Of a stretch of 64,000 nucleotides of DNA, positions 1-8,382 are shown piece by piece. Position 1 is the stretch's first letter; each line of letters starts with the position of its first letter. The notes under the pieces were generated by a model. That model saw nothing but the letters and a program-made list of their open reading frames with translations, was not told where the DNA came from and ran no database searches. The stretch covers positions 32,001 through 96,000 of the forward strand of contig CAWGED010000003.1 of the NCBI GenBank assembly GCA_963821525.1, given 5' to 3'. Position numbers and translations under genes: made by a program. Source of the stretch: an uncultured Gemmatimonadales bacterium. Lineage in GTDB: Bacteria > Gemmatimonadota > Gemmatimonadetes > Gemmatimonadales > GWC2-71-9.

Positions 1-237
1 AGGAAGCTCCACTTCCTGGACGATGGAACCGTTGCTGCGAAAGTACCCCTCCCGCAAGTAGACACGGGCATTGGATTCGGGTGGTATAACCCCGTTGCCG
101 GCGCGAATGATGGCGGCTACGGTGTCCAGAGCGGCGTGAAAGAGCTCGGCACTCGGTGGCAAGGACGAGTCAGGGCCTTGGGCGCTGAGCGGCGCGAAGG
201 GGCCAACAATAAGGCTGATTAGGAGTGCCAACCGCAT
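1..237 (-). CDS. Cassette-encoded secreted hypothetical protein, 5' part (second copy of 3760-4331)
   Basis: Own translation MRLALLISLIVGPFAPLSAQGPDSS... with a signal-peptide-like start; nt 8-220 identical to 4102-4314. Confidence 0.8.
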   Translation of the reverse strand, partial: MRLALLISLIVGPFAPLSAQGPDSSLPPSAELFHAALDTVAAIIRAGNGVIPPESNARVYLREGYFRSNGSIVQEVELP

Positions 238-254
238 GTTGGTCCTCTTGGGCC

Positions 255-358
255 ACCTAACGCCCGCGCTTCACCTGCGGGCGACGAGTGTACGAGTTGG
301 CAACTGTTGGGCTTCCTTTAAGACTACAGCGCCCGACAGGTGCAAGCGCTGGTTAGAC
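255..358 (-). other. attC site (family A)
   Basis: ACCTAAC...cttcacctgcgggcg...cgcccgacaggtgcaag...GTTAGAC; R/L boxes with two unpaired bases. Confidence 0.95.
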
Positions 359-359
359 G

Positions 360-545
360 TCACGGCGGCGGGATCTCGAGGTCGCGACAGATCTTCCGCG
401 CTAGCAGATCGTTGATGTCGCGATGGCGAGGGATTGAGGAGCTCTTCCGGACCCGGCGATTCACATAGACCGTGTGGTTCCCACCCTCGCGGAGGAACTC
501 ACAGCCGTGGGACTCCAGGTGGCGGATGAGATCGGTCCGCTTCAC
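360..545 (-). CDS. hicA: HicA-family toxin (mRNA interferase)
   Basis: 61 aa, REGGNHTVY...SSIPRHRDI...ARKICRDL pattern; overlaps the hicB stop. Confidence 0.9.
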   Translation of the reverse strand: MKRTDLIRHLESHGCEFLREGGNHTVYVNRRVRKSSSIPRHRDINDLLARKICRDLEIPPP

Positions 546-766
546 GCGGCCGAGATACGCAAGGGTTCGCGGATGACGTTCCGGCCGCGAAGCTCCTCCT
601 CCAGCAACTGGCGATTGGCTTCCAGGACGAGGCGGGTCGCCTCCTCCAAGTTGGTGCGGGCTTCGTCGAGCGTGGCGCCCTGGGTGTTGGCTCCCGGGAG
701 CTCCTCGACGAACCCGATGTACCCCTCGGGGACTTTTTGAAAGACGGCAGTGAGCTGGAGCTGCAT
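542..766 (-). CDS. hicB: HicB-family antitoxin, short form with no obvious DNA-binding domain
   Basis: GYIGFVEELPGANTQGATLDEARTNLEEA motif. Confidence 0.9.
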   Translation of the reverse strand: MQLQLTAVFQKVPEGYIGFVEELPGANTQGATLDEARTNLEEATRLVLEANRQLLEEELRGRNVIREPLRISAA

Positions 767-815
767 GGGAGTGCTCGGGTTCAGATGCTCAAATCTACCA
801 CGGGGGATACGTGAC

Positions 816-919
816 GGCTAACGGCCCGCGCTTCACCTGCGGGCGACGAGTGTACGAGTTCACAACTGGACGGCTTCCTTCAAAATACAGCGCCCGACAG
901 GTGCAAGCGCTAGTTAGCC
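816..919 (-). other. attC site (family A)
   Basis: GGCTAAC...GTTAGCC with the same L boxes and loop as 255-358. Confidence 0.95.
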
Positions 920-1313
920 AGCTGACTCACTCAGGCGGTCAAGGTCGCGTCTGACCCAGGCGAGCAGGTCCTCCTGCGTCCACGTACCATTGGCGACTGA
1001 CAGAATCGCTCGCTCAGCTTCGTCGACTGACGCCGTCAGTTGGAAGCCGTTGAGCATCAGGAAGGCCTCCATGGCCGCATGCCCGACCCGCTTGTTCCCA
1101 TCGGTGAAGGGGTGTCCCTGAATCAGGGCGAACCCGAGGATCGCCGCCTTGTCTGCCAGCTCCAGATAGAGATCTGCCCCGCCAAACGTCTGGCGGGGCA
1201 GGGCAACCGCGGCTTCGAGGTAGTTCATGGCGGCCAGGCCTTCACGTCCGGCGGTCGCCGCCATGATGCGTGCGTGAAGGTGGAGGACCTCACCGCAGCG
1301 TCAGGTACCGCAC
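914..1313 (-). CDS. doc: Doc/Fic-family toxin (one frameshift near 1296)
   Basis: HPFTDGNKRVG Fic motif; reconstructed start GTG-RYLTL/GEVLHLHARIM; stop lies in the attC R'' box. Confidence 0.88.
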
Positions 1314-1515
1314 TAGCGCAGGCGATCGTAGAGCTCAGCGTTCTTGGCCAAGATCCGGTCGGCCACCTGAGCGAACTGGGAATCCGGAGGCCGACGAGAT
1401 CTCGGACGGCCGCAGACGCCAAGTCCTCGGGGCTCAGATTGAGCCGCCGAGCGGCCTCCTGAAGCTGCGTCTGCTGCTCCGCGGTGAGTTCGAGGGAAAT
1501 CTTCGACGAGCGCAA
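1313..1515 (-). CDS. Putative antitoxin / DNA-binding partner of Doc (frameshift near 1385)
   Basis: ISLELTAEQQTQLQEAARRLNLSPEDLA...QFAQVADRILAKNAELYDRLR*; TAG overlaps the doc GTG. Confidence 0.75.
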
Positions 1516-1559
1516 ATCTAAGGGATTATGGGTGGGGAGGATACTCCGGTCGTTCAGCT

Positions 1560-1665
1560 GGCTAACGGCCCGCGCTTCACCTGCGGGCGATGAGTGTACG
1601 AGTCCACAACTCGGCTGGCTTCCTTCAAGGATACAGCGCCCGACAGGTGCAAGCGCTGGTTAGGC
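1560..1665 (-). other. attC site (family A)
   Basis: GGCTAAC...GTTAGGC. Confidence 0.95.
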
Positions 1666-1675
1666 TGCACTCGCC

Positions 1676-1889
1676 CTAGGAAGGTGTCGTCGACTTAGGT
1701 TTCCACAGAGCTGCATCCAGGATAGACCAGAGATGAATGATCCAGCCAAACAGAAAGAACCAGGAGGACGCCCGCCAGGACGAATCGGATGATGGTGATG
1801 ACAGGCCGCTTGGGCAGGCCCAGCCCCGGAATGAAGAAACTGCAGAGCGCCGCGATGACGTTCCCCGTTGATCCCCGTCCGCTCGCCAT
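1676..1889 (-). CDS. Small membrane protein, cassette-borne (frameshifted)
   Basis: MASGRGSTGNVIAALCSFFIPGLG...WIIHLWSILDAALWKPKSTTPS*; GGAGG RBS. Confidence 0.75.
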
Positions 1890-1943
1890 GACGGACCTCC
1901 GCCTCAATCGAATGGATGATCGACTAGACGAACTCTGCGTGCA

Positions 1944-2046
1944 GCCTGAACGCCCGCGCTTCACGTGCGGGCGACGAGTGTACGAGGCCGCAACTGGACG
2001 GCTTCCTTAGAACCTAGCGCCCGACAGGTGCAAGCGCTGGTTAGGC
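1944..2046 (-). other. attC site (family A; the R' box reads gcctgaac, one extra base)
   Basis: Same arms and loop as the other family A sites; ends GTTAGGC. Confidence 0.85.
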
Positions 2047-2054
2047 GGCACCGG

Positions 2055-3373
2055 GGTACAGTCTAAATACATGGGTGACAGAACAGTCTAAAGACATGGG
2101 TGACACCGGGGCCACCTTGCGGACTCCTCAAGGAGGGGTCCGATGCCGTGGCAGGAGGAGTCGACCATGCAGCTCCGTCGCCAGTTCATTCAGGATGTCC
2201 AGAGTGGTGCGACGCCCATCACCGAGCTCTGCCGGGCCTATGGCATCAGTCGGAAGACCGGCTACAAGTGCCTCGCGCGCTACGAGGCCGGCGGCCTTCC
2301 GGCACTCGTCGATCGGTCGCGGCGCCCGCAGACCTCCCCCACCGCGACGGCCCCGGAGCGGTGCGGGCCCTGCTCGCGGCCCGGCACCATCACCCCACGT
2401 GGGGGCCCCGGAAGCTGCTCCGTCTCTTGCGGCAGCAACTGCCCGCCGCGCCCTGGCCCGCGCGCAGCACGATCGCCCTCCATTTGCACCGCGCCGGACT
2501 GGTCGTCACGCCCCGGCGGTCCGGCGCCCCGGCCATCCCGGCCGTCCCCAAGCGCCGATGGACGCCCCGAATGCGATCTGGACCGCCGATTTCAAAGGTC
2601 AGTTCAAGCTCGGCAATGGGCAGTACTGTTATCCGCTGACGCTGGCGGATGGCTACAGTCGGCTGCTGCTCCGCTGCCAGGCGCTGACCAGCACCCAGGG
2701 GGCGGAGAGCCGTCCCGTCTTCGTCCGCGCCTTTGAGGAGTTTGGCTTGCCCGTGCGGATCCGCTCGGACAACGGGGTGCCCTTTGCCACCCAGGCGCTC
2801 GGCCGGCTCTCTCCGCTCTCGGTGTGGTGGCTGCGCCTGGGGATCCTGCCCGATCTCACGGAACCGGCCTCGCCGCAGCAGAACGGCCGGCATGAACGGA
2901 TGCATCGCACCCTCAAGGCCGAGTGTACCCGGCCGCCGCGGGCCTCGCGCCAGGCGCAGCAGCGCCGCTTCGACACCTGGCGCACGGAGTTCAACGAGCT
3001 CCGCCCGCACGAGGCGCTGCACGATGTCACGCCGGCGTCCCTCTATCGGCCGTCGCCGCGCCCGTATCCGCGCCGCCTGCCGCCGCTCGACTACCCGCTG
3101 CACTATGAAGTCCGCCGGGTCAGTCATAACGGCGGGATCCGCTGGTACAGCGACTGGGTCAATGTCAGCCAGACGCTCGGCGGCGAGTACATCGGCCTGG
3201 TCGAGATCGATGATCGCGAATGGGACGTCTACTTCGGGCCGCTCCGCCTCGGCCGCTTTCACGAGGACACCCGGCGGATTGAGGATGCCCTCGGTCGCCA
3301 GCACCGGCGGCCCTATTGAAAAGTGTTACCGATGTCCTTGGACTGTTTTGTCACCCATGTCCTTGACTGCTCA
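2055..3373 (+). mobile_element. IS481-family insertion sequence
   Basis: Ends carry repeated acatgggtgaca / tgtcacccatgt inverted motifs; encloses an HTH + rve transposase. Confidence 0.9.
2143..3319 (+). CDS. IS481-family transposase (two frameshifts)
   Basis: MPWQEES...ELCRAYGISRKTGYK; WTADFKG, IRSDNGVPF, PQQNGRHERMHRTLK DDE motifs. Confidence 0.92.
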
Positions 3374-3380
3374 CGGAGTC

Positions 3381-3617
3381 TCAACTGAGCGGGTTCCAGC
3401 TCCAAATCTGAGAGTTGAGCGACTACAGAGGCTCCAATCTCGGTGCCACGAGCGGTTGGGGTGGCCTGGTGAACAATGCGAAGTATTGGTATGTGATGTC
3501 GAAGGTGTCTCAAGAGGTGACACCAAGCAACGTAGCCTCGACGATCTCGCCATCGCGAAAGCTGAGTTGGACACGTTTCTTGAGGTAGGCACGCAGACCA
3601 TTCGGGTCAGTATTCAT
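3381..3617 (-). CDS. Cassette hypothetical protein (frameshifted; 3' end approximate)
   Basis: MNTDPNGLRAYLKKRVQLSFRDGEIVEATLLG joined to ILRIVHQATPTARGTEIGASVVAQLSDL; starts 30 bp inside the cassette. Confidence 0.55.
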
Positions 3618-3646
3618 TCTTGGTCTACTCAGGCGACTGGAGCGCC

Positions 3647-3749
3647 GCCTAACGGCCGGCGCTTCACCTGCGGGCGACAAGTATTCGAGTTCACAACTGG
3701 ATGGCTTCCTCAAAACCTAGCGCCCGACAGGTGCAAGCGCTGGTTAGGT
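3647..3749 (-). other. attC site (family A)
   Basis: GCCTAAC...GTTAGGT. Confidence 0.95.
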
Positions 3750-3759
3750 GGCCCGAAGG

Positions 3760-4331
3760 CTAGTGCTCCTGCGTCACACTGCTGACGTGCCAGGCTCCCG
3801 TGCCGTCGGGGGTGAAATGTACAGCGAAAGTGCGCGAGCGAATGACCTTTGTGCGAACGCGCTCTCCCGGCGCCACCGACACGTGCTGTCTGGTGCGAAG
3901 GCGGGGCGGCTCAGAAAGGGGGCCTCTCCGACTGGAGGAGTTGGTCATCGATGGTCAGCACCAGATGCTCAAAAGTCGGCATGGGTGACCAAGCCGACAA
4001 CAGGTGGCCCGAGATGGGCCCGATCGCAGAAGCCGGAGCCGAGGGCACAGGTGCCGGCCAGATGTCTTGTCTTGCGAAGAGAGTCGATCATCACCGGCGA
4101 GTCCACTTCCTGGACGATGGAACCGTTGCTGCGAAAGTACCCCTCCCGCAAGTAGACACGGGCATTGGATTCGGGTGGTATAACCCCGTTGCCGGCGCGA
4201 ATGATGGCGGCTACGGTGTCCAGAGCGGCGTGAAAGAGCTCGGCACTCGGTGGCAAGGACGAGTCAGGGCCTTGGGCGCTGAGCGGCGCGAAGGGGCCAA
4301 CAATAAGGCTGATTCGGGGTCCGACCCGCAT
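3760..4331 (-). CDS. Cassette secreted hypothetical protein (frameshifted)
   Basis: ORFs 3969-4331 and 3760-3948 together fill the cassette; GAGGA RBS; duplicated at the window start. Confidence 0.7.
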
Positions 4332-4348
4332 GTTGGTCCTCTTCGGCC

Positions 4349-4450
4349 ACCTAACGGACTGCGCCTAAGCTGCGGCGCCACACTGTATGGTTCACAAACG
4401 CAATTCTAGCATCGAGGACTGGCGCCGTCAGCTTCAGGCGCGTGTTAGGC
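4349..4450 (-). other. attC site (family B)
   Basis: ACCTAAC..cctaagctgcggcgcc...ggcgccgtcagcttcagg..GTTAGGC. Confidence 0.93.
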
Positions 4451-4615
4451 GGCAGCCTTCCGCGGCAGACGCCATGCCCAAACGCTGAGTCCCGCGCTCA
4501 CAGCAACGATCAGAAGGTCAGCATGGTGAAGATGGCCTCGGTTGATGACCTCGACGACATGAGCGGCCGCGATAGCAGCGAATACAAGGCCAGTAGTGAT
4601 CAAGTAGGGCTTCAT
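4445..4615 (-). CDS. 56-aa two-helix membrane protein (absent from the ORF track)
   Basis: Own translation MKPYLITTGLVFAAIAAAHVVEVINRGHLHHADLLIVAVSAGLSVWAWRLPRKAAA*; TAA in the attC R'' box. Confidence 0.8.
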   Translation of the reverse strand: MKPYLITTGLVFAAIAAAHVVEVINRGHLHHADLLIVAVSAGLSVWAWRLPRKAAA

Positions 4616-4673
4616 CGGTCCCGTTCGAAGGGGTGCTGCAGAAGTCGCAGGTCACTCCTGACGGCAAGACTGG

Positions 4674-4952
4674 CTACTTGCCGAACACTCTGGCCGCCGC
4701 TTCTGCCGCGTTGGAATCGTCGACGACCGGGTGCAGTTCGATGTCAATCAGGTCGCCCCAATTGTTGACGTGCTCGCAAAGGGCGGTCATGTCGTCCGTT
4801 TCCAGGACGTGCCAGCCCAGAACCGAGCCGGGCACATGGTACCGAGCGACTTGGTTCACCCCCTCGGGCGGCGGACCGCCAGTTTCCAGAAACTGCTGAA
4901 ACGCCATCTTGTACAGGCCGGGGCGCGTCCTCCATGTCAGCATGAACTTCAC
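4674..4952 (-). CDS. DUF3303-like protein
   Basis: MKFMLTW...FLETGGPPPEGV..ARYH..G...GW...ETDD...WGDLIDIELHPVVDD; AAGGAG RBS. Confidence 0.8.
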   Translation of the reverse strand: MKFMLTWRTRPGLYKMAFQQFLETGGPPPEGVNQVARYHVPGSVLGWHVLETDDMTALCEHVNNWGDLIDIELHPVVDDSNAAEAAARVFGK

Positions 4953-5175
4953 GGTAGCACTCTCCTTCCCCTAGTTGAGTTCTCGAGCGGGAAAACATCG
5001 TACGCGCATTTGTCGATAAGAGCTATTAGCGCTATCCGAAGGCGAGATAATGACTCTTGTCAGGCACCTCCGCACTCACAAGCCAGGACTCATGAAGCAC
5101 GTTCGGCGAAGCGGTGGAGGCCCAGGCCACGGTGGGCGCCGCACACAGCAGTGGGTTGGTACTAAGGGGCCCGCC

Positions 5176-5265
5176 GCCTAACGGACCGCGCTTAAGCTGC
5201 GGCGCGCTGGAGAAAGATTCATTCCATAATCTACGCGCGCCGGCAGCTTCAAGCGCTTGTTAGGC
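5176..5265 (-). other. attC site (family B-like, shorter)
   Basis: GCCTAAC..cttaagctgcggcgcgc...gcgcgccggcagcttcaag..GTTAGGC. Confidence 0.93.
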
Positions 5266-5292
5266 AGCACACCATGATGGAGCACAGCGTCT

Positions 5293-5724
5293 CTAGTGCT
5301 TAGCGGCATGCTTCAACGCAGCGACAGCTCCCATGAGTGTGAGGAGACCTGCGAACAACCCCGAACCAACGGTGACGATGTTTGCCACGAAAGCTATCCA
5401 ACCAGCCACTGAGCCGTCTGGCCCCAGCGCGCGAATGCCGACGGTCGCCTGCACAAGAATGGCCGTGGCGAAGGCATACGCCGTCGCCAAGAGCGTCCAG
5501 CAAAGGGCTGCCTGCTGAGCTGGCGTCAGCACCAGAAGCGGGAAGGCAGCCGCTATGGCCAGAAGCCAGACGCCAGCGAGTAGCAATGCGTTGTGTGCGG
5601 CACGCCACGCCTGAGGCTGTATGCCGGCGACCTCCTCAGCCACTGCCGCCAGGCCTAGGAGCAGACCGACGAGGACCAATGCGGCCCCGTGAAGGAGAAT
5701 AAGCGCTCGCCCGTTACGGATCAT
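5293..5724 (-). CDS. 4-TM membrane protein of the first cassette, possibly StyC (styrene oxide isomerase)-like
   Basis: Four hydrophobic helices with HG...WRAAH; family assignment from recall only. Confidence 0.6.
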   Translation of the reverse strand: MIRNGRALILLHGAALVLVGLLLGLAAVAEEVAGIQPQAWRAAHNALLLAGVWLLAIAAAFPLLVLTPAQQAALCWTLLATAYAFATAILVQATVGIRALGPDGSVAGWIAFVANIVTVGSGLFAGLLTLMGAVAALKHAAKH

Positions 5725-5740
5725 GCTCAGCCGGTGTGCT

Positions 5741-5765
5741 GCCTAACTATTACTTCACTTGCATG
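5741..5765 (-). other. Putative attI recombination site
   Basis: Minus strand ...atgcaagtgaagtaata-GTTAGGC: a core with no attC hairpin, at the start of the first cassette. Confidence 0.8.
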
Positions 5766-5943
5766 CGTGCGCTGCCCGTTCCCCCAATCCCCGCCTCCAT
5801 ATGCAATAAAGCAGAGCAAGCAACCGCCCCGCCCGGAAGCCGAAACTCCCCGCCGCGCATCATATTAGCCCTGCCAGGATTGAAACGGTGTCCCAATAAT
5901 ATGCTGCGAAGAACCCGGAAATAAGCAGTCCCCCCATCCGCCC

Positions 5944-6924
5944 TCAGCGCCGGTCCGCCGGACTCCGGACCCCCATCACCCCCCGGTTCAAGACGTGAGT
6001 ATAGATCATCGTCGTGCTCACGTCCGAATGCCCCAACAACTCCTGGACTGTCCGGATATCGTACCCATCCTCCAGCAGATGGGTCGCGAAGCTGTGCCGC
6101 AGGCTGTGACAGGTCGCCCGCTTGGTGAGCGCGGCCGAGCGGACCGCCTGAGTGACCGCCCGCTGGACCACCGTCTCGTGGAGATGGTGCCGTCGCCGCT
6201 CCCCCGTCTGCCGGTCCACCCAGGTCCGGGTCGCCGGGAAGACCCACTGCCACCGCCAGTCCCGTCCCGCATTGGGAAACTTGCGGGCCACCGCCGTCGG
6301 CAATTCCACCGTTCCACCCCCCGCCGCCACGTCCCGCTCGTGCAGCCCCTTCACCCGACCCAGATGCCGCCGCAACTCGGCCTTGATCGACTGCGGCAAC
6401 ATGGTGATCCGGTCCTTGTCTCCCTTGCCGCCCCGCACCGTCAGCTGGTCCGACTCGAAGTCCACGTCCTTCACCCTGAGCTGCAGACACTCCAGCAGGC
6501 GAAGTCCGCTTCCGTAAAGCAATGTCGCCACCAGCCGGACCGGACCCTCCAGCTGCCGCATCAGGCTCGAGACTTCATCCCGGGTCAGCACCACCGGCAA
6601 CCGGGTCCGCCGCGGCGCCCGCACCACTCGGGTGAGCCAGGGGAACTCCGACCGCATCACATGTCGATACAGAAACAGTATCGCGCTCAACGCCTGCGTC
6701 TGGGTGGACGCACTCACCCGGCCCGCCTCGGCGAGACTGCTCAGAAACCGGGTGACCTCTTCCTCTCCCAGCTCCGCCGGATGCCGCATCCCGCTGGCGC
6801 GAACGAACCGGATGACCCAGCGTACGTAGGCTTCCTCCGTCCTGCGGGAATAGTGCCCCAGACGAAGCGCCCGTCGCATCTGCGGAATGAGCTTGAGTGA
6901 CTCTGACGATTCGGGAGCCGCCAT
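5944..6924 (-). CDS. intI: Integron integrase
   Basis: [18 protein letters not shown], IntI-specific insert (VELP.A.ARKFPNA..DW.WQWVFP), [30 protein letters not shown]. Confidence 0.97.
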   Translation of the reverse strand: MAAPESSESLKLIPQMRRALRLGHYSRRTEEAYVRWVIRFVRASGMRHPAELGEEEVTRFLSSLAEAGRVSASTQTQALSAILFLYRHVMRSEFPWLTRVVRAPRRTRLPVVLTRDEVSSLMRQLEGPVRLVATLLYGSGLRLLECLQLRVKDVDFESDQLTVRGGKGDKDRITMLPQSIKAELRRHLGRVKGLHERDVAAGGGTVELPTAVARKFPNAGRDWRWQWVFPATRTWVDRQTGERRRHHLHETVVQRAVTQAVRSAALTKRATCHSLRHSFATHLLEDGYDIRTVQELLGHSDVSTTMIYTHVLNRGVMGVRSPADRR

Positions 6925-7043
6925 CCCCCAGAATCGTACATAGGCGGCAAACTCGCGTCACCGAAAAAACGCGAGACGATAACACCAGCGTCTACTGTTC
7001 GTCACACGACTCGGCGCCATTACCCCTGGTCTCGGCGATCAAG

Positions 7044-7812
7044 TCAGCCGGCACTCAAGAGCATCGTCGCCATGAGCGCCGCATTGTAACCCGCGTGCAT
7101 TCCGATGCCAGGCCACAGCGACCGGGTGCGCAGGCGCAGCGCCATCGTGACGGCGGCCAGCACCGAGATGCTGAGCAGGGCCGGCCAATAGGTCCGCACC
7201 TCGGTCAGATGACCGACCGCGAAGAGGATGGTGACGATCAGCGCCGCCGGACCAACTCCCCACGAGTTTCCGAACCCGGTGAGCAGCACCCCTCGGAAGA
7301 GAAACTCTTCGACCGGTGGGGCAAAGAACACGGCGAGCAGCGCAAACAGAATTCGAACGGACGTGGATGCCGAAGCCGCCGCCTCGCTGAGCGGGCCAAA
7401 GGACTGTCCGGGATGTGGGGGAAAGAGCCTGGTCAATACCAGCAAATAAAAGACGGCCAGCAGCACACCGGCCGCGATGCCGACCCTGATATCGCGTCGC
7501 GGTGCCTCTCGCCAGCCGAGGGCTGCGAGGATGGTCGGCCAGGAGCCGCCGGGAAAACGTTGCCTGGCCTTGGTGAACATGACCAAGGCTGCAACCAGCC
7601 ATCCCGAACACGGCAAACGGGATCAGATACCGGGTTGTGGCGTCTCCGATTTGTGCCGCGGCATCCTCGCCGCCTGTTGCGGTCCGCAAGCCGAGGAAGA
7701 AACCCAGGATTCCGCCCACGACCAGCTGAGTTCCGAAGTACCAGAGGAACACCCGGAGCGAGGACCAGGCCGTCAGCGGGAGTGGCTCTCGGCCGACTGC
7801 GGTGATGGGCAT
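7044..7812 (-). CDS. CPBP/Abi (CAAX) intramembrane metalloprotease (frameshift near 7615)
   Basis: APPVEEFLFRG, LFAVGH, HAGYN motifs. Confidence 0.88.
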
Positions 7813-7833
7813 GAAGGCCTGGGTTGAGAGTGT

Positions 7834-7971
7834 CGGTTCGACGGTTCGACGGTTCGTCCGTTCGACGGTTCGGCGGCTCGGCCCCGTTCGCCGTTCGCTG
7901 TTCCCTATCTCTTCTCCCTTCTCCCCTTCTCCCGTTCTCCCGTTCTCCCGTTCTCCCGTTCCCCCGTTCCC
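7834..7971. repeat. Compound tandem array: (cggttcga)n + (ccgttcg)n + (ttctcccg)n
   Basis: Directly visible 8-, 7- and 8-nt periodicity filling the intergenic space. Confidence 0.9.
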
Positions 7972-7974
7972 GCC

Positions 7975-8292
7975 TCATCCCGCCCCCTCCCAGATATCAT
8001 CCAGCCACGCCGCGAAGAACTTCCGGTGCGCGTCGCACAGACAATTACGATTGAGTTGATCGGGACACTGCGCGATGATCGCCAGCTTGGGCTCGGCCTG
8101 CTCCGCCGGGATCGGCCCTCGGTAGGTGACCTCATCCTGGCCGCCCCCAGCGTCACGATAGCCTGCGATAGTGTACTTGCCACAGGAGGGACAGTGGAAA
8201 TACGCCTCGGTGTACGCGGCGCCCATCAGGCCACCCCGGATCACCGCGGTGCTCTTCGCAATCGGCTCGTGACAGGCGAGACACTGGACCAT
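7975..8292 (-). CDS. Cys-rich putative metal-binding hypothetical protein
   Basis: CLAC...CPSC...CPDQLNRNCLCDAH. Confidence 0.75.
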   Translation of the reverse strand: MVQCLACHEPIAKSTAVIRGGLMGAAYTEAYFHCPSCGKYTIAGYRDAGGGQDEVTYRGPIPAEQAEPKLAIIAQCPDQLNRNCLCDAHRKFFAAWLDDIWEGAG

Positions 8293-8299
8293 CTGGTCG

Positions 8300-8373
8300 A
8301 TTGGTAATTGGTAATTGCAAATTGGTAATTGCTAACAGCTAACGCTAACCGCTCACGGCTCACGGCTGACGGC
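8300..8373. repeat. Compound heptamer array (aattggt)n + (gctaaca/gctcacg)n
   Basis: Visible 7-nt periodicity. Confidence 0.9.
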
Positions 8374-8382
8374 CCTCATCAC

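Larger units (their letters stand above)
1..6924 (-). mobile_element. Integron (intI + attI + at least 8 cassettes), inverted-integrase layout; array truncated at the left edge
   Basis: IntI-type tyrosine recombinase, a lone GTTAGGC core 197 bp past its stop, 7 attC hairpins, and cassette ORFs all on the minus strand. Confidence 0.95.

Noticed and set aside
2047..2056. Target-site duplication of the IS481
   Set aside because: Only cgg is shared with the right flank and the left terminus looks error-affected, so it is not callable
255..3749. Repeated 104-bp units as a CRISPR array or ncRNA family
   Set aside because: They have attC R/L box structure, are separated by whole genes, and lie next to intI; no cas genes are present
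6925..7040. LexA box upstream of intI (ccgaaaaaacgcgaga near 6961)
   Set aside because: Spacing is one base short and the second half-site is poor; it cannot be supported unless polishing lengthens the A-run
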